This document shows positions 39,182 to 51,082 of a DNA stretch of 64,000 nucleotides, piece by piece (the stretch's first letter is position 1; each line of letters begins with the position of its first letter). The notes beneath the pieces were generated by a model. The model searched no databases. It had not been told where the DNA came from and was given only the letters and a program-made list of their open reading frames with translations. The position numbers and the translations under genes were made by a program. The stretch comes from an uncultured bacterium (lineage in GTDB: Bacteria > Desulfobacterota_D > UBA1144 > Nemesobacterales > UBA2774), in assembly GCA_963825135.1 (NCBI GenBank), contig CAWGRW010000009.1, positions 1,376,001 to 1,440,000 of the forward strand, written 5' to 3'.

Positions 39182-39952
39182 ATGGCGAAAAGACCGGTTA
39201 AATCGAAACCCCACGTACTCGGAATAGATATAGGAGGGACGGGTATCAAGTCCGCCCCCGTCGATATTGAAAAGGGCGTCCTTCTGGGGGAGAGGTACCG
39301 CGTCGATACCCCTCACCCGGCGACCCCCAAGAGCATGCTCGCAGCGATAGGTGGTATCGTCGAGCACTGGAAATGGACCGGGCCTCTCGGGTGCGGCTTC
39401 CCGGGCGTGATGAAGAGCGGGGAGGTATATACGGCCTCGAACCTCTCAAAGAAATGGGTGGGCGTGAATATCAGAGACGAGATAGAAAAGATATCCCCCT
39501 GCAAGGCGGTTGTAATAAACGATGCGGATTCCGCCGGGCTCGCCGAGATGAAATTCGGAGCCGCGGAGAAATACAACCGGCACGGCGGCGGAGTAGTCCT
39601 CATGGTCACGCTCGGGACGGGCGTAGGTACGGCGCTCTTCGTCGACGGGCACCTGGTCCGGAATACGGAATTGGGGCATATCGAGATCGACGGGGAAGAC
39701 GCGGAAAAGCGCGCGGCCGAGATCCACAGAGAGATCGAAGGGCTAAGCTGGAAGAAATGGGGCAAGAGGGTGAATAAATATTTAGAGCACATCGAAAGGC
39801 TATTATCTCCCGACCTTATTATTATCGGAGGCGGAATCAGCAAGAAATCGGACAAGTTTTTCCCGTATATAAAAGTCAGAGCCGCGATCGTGCCTGCAAA
39901 GATGCAGAACGACGCCGGTATCGTCGGTGCCGCGCTCGCTTCCGAGCTTTAA
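39182..39952 (+). CDS. ppgK: Polyphosphate glucokinase (ROK family)
   Basis: GIDIGGTGIK.APVD, TPHPATP, NDADSAG, NTELGH, WKKW, IIGGGISKK. Confidence 0.85.
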   Translation: MAKRPVKSKPHVLGIDIGGTGIKSAPVDIEKGVLLGERYRVDTPHPATPKSMLAAIGGIVEHWKWTGPLGCGFPGVMKSGEVYTASNLSKKWVGVNIRDEIEKISPCKAVVINDADSAGLAEMKFGAAEKYNRHGGGVVLMVTLGTGVGTALFVDGHLVRNTELGHIEIDGEDAEKRAAEIHREIEGLSWKKWGKRVNKYLEHIERLLSPDLIIIGGGISKKSDKFFPYIKVRAAIVPAKMQNDAGIVGAALASEL

Positions 39953-40284
39953 AATCAGGCATTTTCTTGCATTCTCGGGTTCGATGTGTGATAATGGCAG
40001 AAGTAATAATCTTTGTTTCCTAAACTTATGATTCCGCATGTCTGAGGTTGCAATTTGTTTCGCAGGGAAGCTCACAGGCGCATTGTAAAAGGGATTGCCG
40101 GAGATGTCCATCAAATAAATCGGTCCTTTCGCTCAGGCGCAGTCATCACATTATTCTGTCCTGGGACCCGTGTAATTCCTGATAAAACAATATCGCCGCG
40201 GATTGCGTTTTCGGTACCGTTCTTTTCCGTCTTAATACTATATTCACATTAATTCTCAAAATTATATATACGAGGAGAAACGAA

Positions 40285-42342
40285 ATGGAGTCGATGCCTA
40301 AAATAAATAGAGACAAACTCGAACAGTTGATAATAAATACCATAAGGACCCTCTCGATGGATGCGGTACAGAAGGCCAACTCCGGACATCCCGGCACACC
40401 TATGGCCCTTGCCCCGGTGGCGTTCACAATTTGGGATAAATTCATGAAATTCAACCCTAAGAACCCCGACTGGCCCAACCGCGACAGGTTCGTTCTATCG
40501 AACGGTCACGCGTCGATGCTCCTTTACAGCCTCCTTCACCTCACGGGATACGACTTGTCTCTGGACGATATTAAGACGTTCAGGCAGCTCCACAGCAAGT
40601 GCGCGGGCCACCCGGAATACGGTCTCACCCCCGGGGTCGAGACTACGACGGGGCCGCTCGGTCAGGGCGTCGCCACGTCGGTGGGCATGGCGATCGCCGA
40701 AAAATGGCTCGCTTCTTATTTCAACAGGCCGGGTCACGAGATTATTAATTACAACGTCTACGCTATAGACGGCGACGGATGCATGATGGAGGGCATATCG
40801 GGCGAGGCGGCTTCTCTCGCCGGGCACCTGGGGCTGAACAACCTCATCTGGTTCTACGACAACAATCATATAACCATAGAAGGGCACACCGCGCTCGCCT
40901 TCAGCGAAGACGTGGCGGCCAGGTTCATGGGATATAACTGGCACGTACAGCGGGTAGGGGACGCGAACGATCTCGAGATGCTGGCCGAAGCGATCGAGAG
41001 GGCGTTTAAGGAGAACGAGCAGCCCTCTTTGATAATAGTCGACAGCCATATCGGGTACGGCAGCCCGAACAAGCAGGACACGTCGGCCGCTCACGGAGAG
41101 CCGCTCGGCGACGAGGAAATAAGAAAGACGAAGATTAATTACGGATGGGACCCCGATAAGAAATTCTACGTGCCCGAAGAGGTAAAGGGATACAGAGAAG
41201 CCGTAATCAGGAAAGGCGCGGTCTCAGAAGACGAATGGGATAAGAAGTTCAGCGCGTACGAGCGCGTATATCCCGACCTCGCCAAGCAGTTCCGGCAGCT
41301 TCAGCAGAGGGAAATGCCCGAGGAGTGGGAAAAGAGCCTTCCGGTATTCCCCGCAAACCCCAAGGGCCCCGCGACACGCTCCGCCAACAGCAAGATACTG
41401 AATTCCATAGTCCACGTGTACCCGTTCCTCCTGGGAGGGGCCGCCGACGTGGGCTCTTCTACAAAAACATACATCGACGGCGCGAACAGTTTCGAGAAGG
41501 GGATTTACGACGGCAGGAACTTCCACTTCGGAATCAGGGAGAACGCCATGGCCGCGGCCGCAAACGGCATGGCGCTCAGCAAGCTGAGACCTTATACGGC
41601 TACGTATTTCGTTTTCTCCGATTATATGAGGGCCCCGCTCAGGCTCGCCTGCCTGATGCGGATACCTGTGATTTTTATATTCACTCACGATAGTATAGGT
41701 CTCGGAGAGGACGGGCCCACTCACCAGCCTATCGAGCACCTCGCATCACTGAGGGCCATCCCCAACCTGGATGTAATCAGGCCCGCCGATGCCAATGAAT
41801 TGAGTGTCCTCTGGAAACATATTATGAACTTGAAGGACCATCCGGTCGCCCTGATCCTGACGAGACAGGACGTGCCGACGTTCGACAGGAGCGTTTACGC
41901 CCCAGCCGAAGGCGCTCTCAAGGGCGCCTACATTCTCGCTGACAGTAAACCCGGGCCGGACGTCATATTGATCGGCACGGGCTCGGAAGTCCAGCTTTGC
42001 CTGGACGCCTACGAGATACTAAAAAAGCAGGGGATCAAGGCGCGCGTCGTCAGCATCCCCTCGTGGCTCCTCTACGAGATGCAGTCGCCGGACTATAAAG
42101 AGGAAGTCCTGCCGTCGGCCGTAAAGGCCAGGGTGTCGGTGGAGATGGGCTCCACGTTCGGCTGGTGCAGGTATGCCGGGTCGGGCGATCAGAGCGGCAT
42201 GATAGGCATCAGCACTTTCGGCGAGTCAGCCCCGATAGGCGATCTTCTTCCCGAGTTCGGGTTCACTGTCGATCACGTCGTCGCCAAGGCGAAAGAGGTC
42301 CTCAACTTAAATGACGGGAAAGTCAAAAAGTCGAAAAAATGA
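40285..42342 (+). CDS. tkt: Transketolase
   Basis: [39 protein letters not shown]. Confidence 0.97.
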   Translation: MESMPKINRDKLEQLIINTIRTLSMDAVQKANSGHPGTPMALAPVAFTIWDKFMKFNPKNPDWPNRDRFVLSNGHASMLLYSLLHLTGYDLSLDDIKTFRQLHSKCAGHPEYGLTPGVETTTGPLGQGVATSVGMAIAEKWLASYFNRPGHEIINYNVYAIDGDGCMMEGISGEAASLAGHLGLNNLIWFYDNNHITIEGHTALAFSEDVAARFMGYNWHVQRVGDANDLEMLAEAIERAFKENEQPSLIIVDSHIGYGSPNKQDTSAAHGEPLGDEEIRKTKINYGWDPDKKFYVPEEVKGYREAVIRKGAVSEDEWDKKFSAYERVYPDLAKQFRQLQQREMPEEWEKSLPVFPANPKGPATRSANSKILNSIVHVYPFLLGGAADVGSSTKTYIDGANSFEKGIYDGRNFHFGIRENAMAAAANGMALSKLRPYTATYFVFSDYMRAPLRLACLMRIPVIFIFTHDSIGLGEDGPTHQPIEHLASLRAIPNLDVIRPADANELSVLWKHIMNLKDHPVALILTRQDVPTFDRSVYAPAEGALKGAYILADSKPGPDVILIGTGSEVQLCLDAYEILKKQGIKARVVSIPSWLLYEMQSPDYKEEVLPSAVKARVSVEMGSTFGWCRYAGSGDQSGMIGISTFGESAPIGDLLPEFGFTVDHVVAKAKEVLNLNDGKVKKSKK

Positions 42343-42412
42343 TGTAGATTTAACATTTGCTTTCACGCTCCGTTTTTATGGAACGAATAACTCTGTGAAC
42401 GGGAGATAGACG

Positions 42413-45239
42413 ATGTCCAGAATAAAGGATTTATCAAAGCTCGGCCAGTCGATCTGGTATGACTACATCAGGAGATCTTTTATAACTTCGGGGGAGCTCA
42501 AGGCCCTGATAGACGAAGGCCTGAGGGGCGAAACCTCCAATCCCTCCATACTCGAAAAAGCCATAGCCGGGAGCTCGGATTATGACGAAGAGCTCAGGGC
42601 CCTGGTCGAGCAGAATAAATCCGTGAACGAGATATACGAGGCTCTCGCTTTGAAGGACATAGCCATGGCCGCCGACCTGTTCAGGCCGCTATACGATAAA
42701 ACGAACGGATGTGACGGGTTTATCAGCCTCGAGGTCAGCCCCACGCTGGCTAACGATACCAATAACACCATCAGGGAAGCGAGGAGGTACTTCGTTACGC
42801 TCGGGCGTCCCAACGTCATGATCAAAGTCCCCGCGACCAAAGCCGGCATACCGGCGATCACGGAGCTCATCGGCGCCGGTATCAACGTGAACGTAACGTT
42901 GATGTTCGGTATCGAACAGTATAAGGCCGTGGCCGAGGCCTATATCAGGGGACTCGAGAAGCTGGCCGCGGAAGGCCCCTCCGTATTCAAGGGACATCGG
43001 GTCGACAGGGTCGCCTCGGTCGCTTCGTTTTTCGTAAGCCGAGTGGACACGGCCATAGACCCCGAGTTGGAGAGGATCGGAAACAGCGCGCTCCAGGGCA
43101 GGATCGCTGTGGCGAACGCGAAGCTCGCGTATGACGAATTCAGGAGAACATTCAAAGGCAAACGCTGGAAGAAGCTCGCCGATGCGGGGGCAAGGGTGCA
43201 GCGGTGCCTCTGGGCGAGCACGAGCACTAAAAACCCGGCTTACCCCGATACGCTCTATGTCGACGAGCTCATAGGGCCGGATACCGTCAATACCGTACCG
43301 CCCGCCACGTATAAGAACTTCAGGGACCACGGGAAGCTGGCCCTCACGCTCACGAGAGGCGTGAAACAGGCAAAGGAGGATATAGATAAGCTCGGCAAGC
43401 TCGGGATAAATTTGAAGGCGGTGACGAACAAGCTGCTAAAAGACGGCGTGGACCAGTTCGCCGATTCCTTCAAGACGCTCATGGCGAGCATAGAGGAAAA
43501 AAAGGAACAGGTACAGTCGGATAAAAAACAGTATACCGCCTCGCTTGGAAAGTATCAGCCCGCGGTCGATAAGGCGCTCGAGAGCATGCGGGATAACAAC
43601 ATCATACAGAAGATCTGGAATTTCGATTACATGGTCTGGGAGGACGACCCGACCGAGATAAGCAACCGCCTCGGCTGGCTCCATATACCCGAAGTCATGG
43701 TGGACGCGCTTCCGGGAATAAAGAAAAGTCGTCGACGAAGTCAGGTCCGACGGTTACAAGAATGTCCTTCTTCTGGGCATGGGAGGTTCGAGTCTTGCGC
43801 CGCTCGTACTGCGGGAAACCTATGGCGTCAGGAAAGGGTATCTGGATGTGGCGGTATTGGACAGCACAGACCCGGGGGCGGTTCTCGAACAAAGAAACCG
43901 ACTCAATATGTCAAAGACGCTCTTTATCGTCTCTACCAAATCGGGGGGCACGGCGGAGACCCTCTCGTTCATGAAATACTTCTACAACGAGGTTTTGAAG
44001 GATGTAGGCAAGAAGGAAGCCGGAAGGCATTTCATTGCCATCACCGACCCAGGGAGCGGACTCCAGAAAATAGCCAAAGAGCTCAAGTTCAGAAAGACAT
44101 TCTTGAACGATCCCAACATCGGCGGACGTTACTCCGCCCTCTCGTTCGTGGGGATACCCCCGGCAGCGTTTCAGGGAGTCGATCTCGATACGCTGCTCGC
44201 ACGCGCCGTCACTATGCTCCACAACTGCGAGAGCTGCAACTGTGCGGTCGACGGGGACAATTCGGGCGCCTGGCTCGGCGCGATACTCGGAGAGCTCGCC
44301 AAGGCCGGACACGATAAAGTGACGCTCGTCGCTTCCCCGCCCATAGAGGGCTTCGGCTCCTGGGTCGAGCAGCTGATAGCCGAGAGCACCGGGAAGGACG
44401 GGAAGGGGATACTTCCCGTCGACAGGGAGCCCATGGCCCAGCCGGAATTTTACGCGAACGACAGGCTCTTCGTATACCTCCGCCTCGCCAATGACGATAC
44501 CTACGACAGGCAGGTCAAGGCGCTTGAAAAGGCGGGCTTTCCGGTGGTACGTATCAACTTAAAGGATATTTACGATCTGGGGGGCGAGTTCTTCAGATGG
44601 GAGATGGCCATAGCCGTTGCCGGCATGATTATCGGCATACACCCATTCAACCAGCCGAACGTGGAAGCCGCCAAGGTGCTCGCGCGCAAGATGATAGCAG
44701 AGTATCAGAAAAAAGGTAAGCTGCCGGTCGTAAAGCCTACACTCAAGGAAGCCGGAATAACGGTTTATTCCGATTTTAAAGCTGCCAGCCTCGAACAGGC
44801 GCTTAAGAAATTCCTCTCCTATGCCAAACCCGGCAGGGACGAATCAAAGGGCAGGAGCTACGTAGCGTTCCAGGCCTATGTCAAGCCCTCGGACGAGACA
44901 TACAACGCCCTGCAAAAGCTGCGTACCAAGGTGCAGCGACAGTACCGCCTGGCGACGACCGTGGGGTTCGGGCCGAGGTTCCTCCATTCGACCGGACAGC
45001 TCCACAAGGGAGACGCGGGTCACGGTCTCTTTATCCAATTCACTTCCGATATGCCCCAGGACGCCCCGATCCCCGATGAGCCGGGGAAAAAGGCTTCGTC
45101 CATAAGCTTCGGGGTGTTTAAAGACGCGGAAGCGCTCGGAGACCGTCAAGCCCTCCTCGACGGGAAGCGCAAGGTCATAACCTTCCACCTGAGTGAAGAC
45201 GTGGTCGGCAGTATAAACAGGCTGTCAAAAATTCTCTGA
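42413..45239 (+). CDS. Bifunctional transaldolase/phosphoglucose isomerase, one +1 frameshift at 43724-43727
   Basis: Tal motifs TSNPS, SLEVSP, MIKVPAT, WASTSTK; Pgi motifs GMGGSS, STKSGGTAET, GGRYSAL, HSTGQLHKG. Removing one A joins them into 941 aa. Confidence 0.88.
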
Positions 45240-46006
45240 TGGAAGTGCAAGTGATAAAGGCTCTGATATTCGATCTTGACGGCACGCTCGTGCAGACAGA
45301 GGTACTGAAGGCGGAGTCTTACGCCAGGGCCGCGGTCGAGCTCGATAATTCATTGACTGAAGACGAGGTCATTGAAGCGTTCAAGGACTACGTGGGACTC
45401 TCGCGTAAAGAGGTCGCAGTAGGGCTTCTCAAGAGATTTAAGCTCGAAAACGCTGCGGGGGCGAGGATGAAGGAATTTCACGTACGTACTCCGTGGCAGG
45501 CTTATGTCGATATAAGGCTCGACACGTATTTTAAAATGATCTCCGACCCCGCGATACTAAAGGCGCACCTCTGCCCTTATAACCTCGGGCTCCTCAAATG
45601 GGCGCGCGGCGAGGGATACCCGACGGGTCTCGGGACGATGTCCCATAGAGAGGAGGCCGACCGAGTGCTGGACGTTCTCGGCATAAGGTCCGAATTCGAT
45701 TTCATAGCCACGATACAGGACGTCGAGCACGGAAAGCCCAATCCCGAGATCTATAATCTTCTTGCGGACGAGTTGAGGGTGCCGCACGCCGATTGCCTCG
45801 TAGTCGAGGATTCGGCTTCGGGTGTCGAGGCCGCTCTCGCCGCGAGTATGAACTGTATCGCGGTGACGACCGATTTTACGAGGGAAGGGGTTCATAAAAT
45901 CCCTCCCGACGGGAACCTGCGTGTGGTCGACGCGCCGCCCATGCTTCTCGATACCGCGAAAGAATTTATAAGCGAGCTTGGCTCCCATAAGGAGAAAGCA
46001 GGTTGA
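45239..46006 (+). CDS. HAD-superfamily phosphatase (beta-PGM-like)
   Basis: FDLDGTLVQT, GKPNPEIY, VVEDS. Confidence 0.85.
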   Translation: MEVQVIKALIFDLDGTLVQTEVLKAESYARAAVELDNSLTEDEVIEAFKDYVGLSRKEVAVGLLKRFKLENAAGARMKEFHVRTPWQAYVDIRLDTYFKMISDPAILKAHLCPYNLGLLKWARGEGYPTGLGTMSHREEADRVLDVLGIRSEFDFIATIQDVEHGKPNPEIYNLLADELRVPHADCLVVEDSASGVEAALAASMNCIAVTTDFTREGVHKIPPDGNLRVVDAPPMLLDTAKEFISELGSHKEKAG

Positions 46007-46728
46007 GCGAATCTCCGTCCCCCGATCAAAAAAAGCTTCAGGACAGACTGAAAAAAGAAGCCGGAATAAGCGCAGTCGATCTGGTACGTCCGGGGATGGT
46101 GCTCGGACTCGGCACGGGGAGCACGGCGAAATACGCTCTCGAGGAGATAGCGGCGAGACTGAAGGACGGCAGGCTCAAGGACATCGCGGGCATACCCAGC
46201 TCGCTCGAGACGGAGAGAGTCGCGAGAGATCTCGGCATACCCGTTATCTCCTTTGACGACAAACAGGAGATAGACCTGACCATAGACGGCGCCGACGAGG
46301 TCGATCCCGACCTCAATCTCATCAAGGGCGGCGGGGGAGCGCTCTTGAGAGAGAAGGTCCTCGCCCAGTCGAGCAGGCGAAACGTCATGATAGTCGACGA
46401 AAGCAAGCTCTCACCCATGCTCGGCACGCACTGCCCGGTGCCGGTCGAAGTAATACCTTTCGCGTGGAAACCGGTTGCGAATTTTCTCAAGTCCCTCGGC
46501 GCAGAGCCTGTCCTGCGTAAGAATGGAAACGGGTCCCCTTACACCACGGACCAAAATAACTATATAATTGACAGTAAGTTCGGCCCTATCCCGGACCCCG
46601 TGGACCTTGCAGCTAAATTGGGGCGAAAGGCGGGGATAGCGGGATACGGTCTATTTATCGGCACGGCAAGCGAGGTCATTGTCGCGACATCGCACGGCAT
46701 ACGCTATCAGAAGCGTAAGGATTCATAA
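46003..46728 (+). CDS. rpiA: Ribose-5-phosphate isomerase A
   Basis: GLGTGST, DGADEVD, KGGGGALLREK. Confidence 0.96.
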   Translation: MSESPSPDQKKLQDRLKKEAGISAVDLVRPGMVLGLGTGSTAKYALEEIAARLKDGRLKDIAGIPSSLETERVARDLGIPVISFDDKQEIDLTIDGADEVDPDLNLIKGGGGALLREKVLAQSSRRNVMIVDESKLSPMLGTHCPVPVEVIPFAWKPVANFLKSLGAEPVLRKNGNGSPYTTDQNNYIIDSKFGPIPDPVDLAAKLGRKAGIAGYGLFIGTASEVIVATSHGIRYQKRKDS

Positions 46729-46759
46729 CGGTCGGTCGGTACGGACACACACGAATATC

Positions 46760-47418
46760 ATGGTGATAATCGAGCCTTCAATATTATCCGCCGACTTTAC
46801 GAAGCTCGGAGAGGCAGTGAGAGCGGCCGAGGAAGCGGGCGCGGGGTGGATACAGATAGACGTGATGGACGGTCGCTTCGTCCCCAACATCAACTTCGGC
46901 CCGGGCGTCGTGGCCGCAATCAGGCCGCTCGTGAAATTAAAGCTCGACGTCCACCTCATGATCGTCGAGCCCGAGAAATATATAAAGTTATTCGCCGAGT
47001 CGGGAGCCGACCGCATAATCGTCCATCAGGAGGTTTGCTTATCACCTCCACCGCGTGCTCGAATCCATCAGGGAGCTCGGCGTACAGTCGGGTGTAACCC
47101 TCAATCCCGGAACCCCTCCCTCGGCAATAGGAGAGGTGCTGGAGCTTGCGGACTTCGTCCAGGTTATGGGCGTCAATCCCGGTTTCGGCGGACAGAAATT
47201 TATATGGAGTCATGCTCGACAAGATACGCGTTATAAAAGAGATGCTCGACCGGAAAGGGCTCGACGTCCCGATAGGTCTCGACGGCGGTATAGACACCGA
47301 AACGGCTCCGGAAGTGGTACGGGCAGGGGCGACTGTGCTCGTCGCGGGGTCGAGCGTCTATAACGATAAAGCCTCCGTCCGTGACAATATAAAAGCTCTG
47401 CTGGACAGTGTGCGGTGA
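46760..47418 (+). CDS. rpe: Ribulose-phosphate 3-epimerase, two +1 frameshifts (~47039, ~47210)
   Basis: PSILSADF, DVMDGRFVPN, DVHLM, then LNPGTP, MGVNPGFGGQKF, then DGGI, VAGS in three successive frames. Confidence 0.88.
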
Positions 47419-47500
47419 GACCCGCCGGTGTTATGATTTAGGCATTAGAATCGGCATCATGAACGGTAAATACAAATAATCAGATCGAGGGGTAAACAAG

Positions 47501-49039
47501 ATGGCACAGGACAACAGTTGTATAATCGCGATATTCGGGGCATCCGGGGACTTGACCAAACGGAAGCTCATGCCCGCTCTCTATGCGTTATTCCGGCAGG
47601 GGCTGCTTCCCAAGAATTTCGCAATTCTTGGCACGAGCCGCTCGCCGTTCACGGACGAGGCGTACAGGAAAAAGATAATCGAAGACGTAGTCACGTACGC
47701 GGGTATCAAAAAATCCGAGCAGAAACAGCTTGAGCCCTTCTCCGAGCACGTTTACTACCTCGCCATGGACGCGACGGACGTGAGCCACTACGATGACCTT
47801 AAGGATAAACTTTCCAAGATCGACGGTGCTGAGAAAACGGGCGGCAATTATATCTTCTACCTGTCCACTTCGCCCAGCCTCTACACGGCGATCTCAAAGA
47901 ATCTCGGCAAGAAAGGGTTGGCGAAGGAGGGGAAGGATTCCTCCTGGCGGCGCATCATAATTGAGAAACCGTTCGGCAGGGACCTCGCGTCCGCCCAGGC
48001 GCTTAACCATGACCTCCAGCGGATCTTTAAAGAAGACCAGATATACAGGATAGACCATTATCTCGGCAAGGAGACGGTGCAGGACATCTTCGCGCTCAGG
48101 TTCTCAAACGGCATCTTCGAGCCCCTTTGGAACAGGAACTATGTGAGCCGCGTGGAGATTACGGCCGCCGAAACGATCGGGGTCGAGGAGAGGGGCGGGT
48201 ACTACGACCACTACGGCGCGCTCAGGGACATGATTCAGAACCACCTGCTTCAGGTCCTGGGCACGGTTACCATAGAGCCCCCGTCGTTCTTCGACGCAAC
48301 CGATGTCCGCAATGAATCCATCAAGATATTCCAGTCGCTCAGACCCATAAAGCCCGAGGACGTGGACAAGTGCGCCGTAAGGGGGCAGTATACGGAGACC
48401 CTGATCGACGGCAGGAAGGTGCCCGGATACAGGCAGGAGAAGGACGTCGCGCACGATTCGATGACCGAGACCTTCGTCGCGCTTAAGCTCTACATAGACA
48501 ACTGGAGGTGGGGAGGCGTGCCCTTCTACCTCCGCACCGGAAAATGCCTCCCGGCCCGTGTGAGCGAGGTCGTGATCGAGTTCAAGAAGACGCCGCATCA
48601 CCTCTTCACGCAGGAGGAGCTATGCTCCGCAAAGCCTAACCAGCTCATCATACGCATACAGCCCGACGAGGGGATACTCCTCAGGTTCGGCATGAAAAAG
48701 CCGGGGGCCGGATTCGATATCGAGGAGGTCGGAATGGACTTCCATTATTCCGAGCTCGCGGATACATACATCCCGGAAGCGTACGAGCGCCTCATACTCG
48801 ACTGCATCACGGGCGACGCCACTCACTACGCCCGAGCCGACGCGGTGGAAGCCTGCTGGAAGTTCGTCGACCCTATTCTCAAGGCGTGGGAGGACGACCC
48901 CGAGGTCAAGCTCTACGGCTATCCCGTAGGCACATGGGGTCCCCCCGAAGCGAGGCACATCTTCAATTCCCCTGATGAGGACTGGAGGTATCCGACCGAC
49001 CATCTGACGACGGACGGGGATTTTTACGAGCTTAAATAA
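47501..49039 (+). CDS. zwf: Glucose-6-phosphate 1-dehydrogenase
   Basis: FGASGDL, RIDHYLGKE, DMIQNH, PFYLRTGK. Confidence 0.97.
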   Translation: MAQDNSCIIAIFGASGDLTKRKLMPALYALFRQGLLPKNFAILGTSRSPFTDEAYRKKIIEDVVTYAGIKKSEQKQLEPFSEHVYYLAMDATDVSHYDDLKDKLSKIDGAEKTGGNYIFYLSTSPSLYTAISKNLGKKGLAKEGKDSSWRRIIIEKPFGRDLASAQALNHDLQRIFKEDQIYRIDHYLGKETVQDIFALRFSNGIFEPLWNRNYVSRVEITAAETIGVEERGGYYDHYGALRDMIQNHLLQVLGTVTIEPPSFFDATDVRNESIKIFQSLRPIKPEDVDKCAVRGQYTETLIDGRKVPGYRQEKDVAHDSMTETFVALKLYIDNWRWGGVPFYLRTGKCLPARVSEVVIEFKKTPHHLFTQEELCSAKPNQLIIRIQPDEGILLRFGMKKPGAGFDIEEVGMDFHYSELADTYIPEAYERLILDCITGDATHYARADAVEACWKFVDPILKAWEDDPEVKLYGYPVGTWGPPEARHIFNSPDEDWRYPTDHLTTDGDFYELK

Positions 49040-49081
49040 CGGGTCGTCGAATTTTTCTGTCTACGAGACGCGGGAGACGAA

Positions 49082-49816
49082 ATGAAAAAGGAAATTTACC
49101 TCTTCGACGATATTACGGCGCTGGCAAAACGCCTTGCCGGAGATTTCAGTAAAGCCCTCGCGGAGAAGGCGGCTTCGGGCGAGTCTTTAATCGTGGCGCT
49201 TTCGGGAGGTCACACGCCGAAGGCGTTTTTCGAGGTGCTCGCGGCTCCGCCGTACGGTGACAGTCTTCCCTGGGATAGAGTAGTTTTTTTCTGGGGCGAC
49301 GAGCGATGCGTCCCTCCTGATAACGACGAGAGCAACTTCAAGATGACGAACCTGTCGCTCCTGTCCCGTATCGATATCCCCGAGGCCAACATACGCCGCG
49401 TATTGGGCGAGAACCCGCCCGATGAAGAGGCCCTGCGATATGCGAAGGAGATACGAGACAACGTCCCGCCCGGCGGGAACGGATTCCCGCGCTTCGACTG
49501 GGTTCTCCTCGGAATGGGTGAGGACGGGCACACCGCTTCATTATTCCCCGGAGCCCCCACATTAAAGGAGAGAGAGAAGATTTGCGTTGTCGCCACTCAT
49601 CCCCAGACGGGGCAAAAACGGGTAAGCATCACGTTCCCCATCATCGATAACGCCCGGAGGGTTTCGTTCCTCGTGGCCGGCAGCGATAAAGAGCCCGTGT
49701 TGAAGGAGATACTGAACAAGGGTTCGCATCCCCTGCCTTATCCGGCGTCCATGGTCCGACCCGCGGACGGCGCTCTCGAATGGTATGTCGACAAGGCCGC
49801 CGCTCCCTGGCTATAG
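49082..49816 (+). CDS. pgl: 6-phosphogluconolactonase
   Basis: LSGG.TP, WGDERCV, LGMGEDGHTASLFP. Confidence 0.95.
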   Translation: MKKEIYLFDDITALAKRLAGDFSKALAEKAASGESLIVALSGGHTPKAFFEVLAAPPYGDSLPWDRVVFFWGDERCVPPDNDESNFKMTNLSLLSRIDIPEANIRRVLGENPPDEEALRYAKEIRDNVPPGGNGFPRFDWVLLGMGEDGHTASLFPGAPTLKEREKICVVATHPQTGQKRVSITFPIIDNARRVSFLVAGSDKEPVLKEILNKGSHPLPYPASMVRPADGALEWYVDKAAAPWL

Positions 49817-49856
49817 GACAGATTCGCGGTTATTTCCCGGCATATGCTCCCCGGCC

Positions 49857-50885
49857 TCAGAACATCTTTGCGAAGCTTCTGGGTTTCCTCTGCTTCCACT
49901 TCCCGGTCTGGTAGGCGTTTGCGATTATTAAAGGCACTACGGTCGTGGCCTCCGCGTAGACCATCTGCTCGTAGACGGTGCTGACCTTGCCCCAGGACGA
50001 GGCTTCCTTGAGCGTGGACGAGCTGCACGCGCCGTCCCTCACGTCGGCGACCGTGATCTGCACGGCGTATTTATGCACCGGCACGTCGAAGCCGAGCACC
50101 TCGGCCGCGACGACAGTGTCCTGGGCGAAGTTCTTTGGCACGCCTCCGCCGATCATGAAGAGTCCGCTCTCCTTGGACGAGATCTTTATCTTCGTGAGCT
50201 CGAGGAAATCCTTTGCGCTGTCTATCGACACGTGCGAGTCGGGATTGTTCCATTGATGGAACACCATGCCGAACCCGGCCGACGAGTCTGTAAACGCCGG
50301 GCAGAATATCGGCACGTTGTGCTCAAAGGCCGCCTGCACGAGGGAATTTCTCTTCTTCGAGTGCTTCGTCAGCCATTTCCCCATCTCCCATATGAATTCC
50401 CGGGACGAATAGGGCCTGCGCTCGAGGGTGTCCGCTATTTTCGCTACGGCTCTGTCGCATGCCTGTAGGTCTTCCTCGTCGATGAACGTATCGTAAATGC
50501 GGTCGATGTAGAGGGACCTGAGCATGCCGTCGTCGATATGGGGCGTGCCCGCGTAGTGCTTGTATCCGAGGGCCTCGAAAAAGTCCATGTCCACTATGGA
50601 AGCCCCTGTCGCTACTATTACGTCCACCATGTTGTTCTCGACCATGTCCACGTACACCTGCATGCAGCCCCCGGCCGAAGTTGAGCCCGCAAGAGTGAGC
50701 CATACGGAGGCGTTCTTGTCTGCGAGGTTCATGTTGAATATGTCAGCCGCCCTCGCCGTATCTCTCGAAGAGAAGGACATGCCGCGGTAGGCGTCTATGA
50801 TCTGCTTGCCGTCGATCTTCTTGATATCGATGTGCTTGATCGATTCTTTCAACAGACCTTTTTTTGTAGTTTTTGTCTTGGCCAT
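49857..50885 (-). CDS. Deoxyhypusine synthase-like protein (probable homospermidine synthase, SpeY-type)
   Basis: DRIYD, PAFTDSS, GGGVPKNF, EASSWGK. Confidence 0.85.
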   Translation of the reverse strand: MAKTKTTKKGLLKESIKHIDIKKIDGKQIIDAYRGMSFSSRDTARAADIFNMNLADKNASVWLTLAGSTSAGGCMQVYVDMVENNMVDVIVATGASIVDMDFFEALGYKHYAGTPHIDDGMLRSLYIDRIYDTFIDEEDLQACDRAVAKIADTLERRPYSSREFIWEMGKWLTKHSKKRNSLVQAAFEHNVPIFCPAFTDSSAGFGMVFHQWNNPDSHVSIDSAKDFLELTKIKISSKESGLFMIGGGVPKNFAQDTVVAAEVLGFDVPVHKYAVQITVADVRDGACSSSTLKEASSWGKVSTVYEQMVYAEATTVVPLIIANAYQTGKWKQRKPRSFAKMF

Positions 50886-51082
50886 TTTCCTGTTTCTCCT
50901 TTACCGTCCCGAATCGAGTTGGATATCCCTCTATATATTCATCTATCAGGGAATATCAAGCAGCCCGGGATGGAATTTATTTTCTTCGTTCGGCAATATA
51001 CTTTTATCGTTCCGGCTTGTAATGACCCGGGAATATTTTATAGCCCTGCGTATCCTTGTCAAAATTCATACAGAATCAAAGC

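Noticed and set aside
43728..44317. Arg-rich C-terminal tail of the 634-aa transaldolase ORF
   Set aside because: It is out-of-frame read-through after the extra A; the overlapping frame is clearly Pgi.
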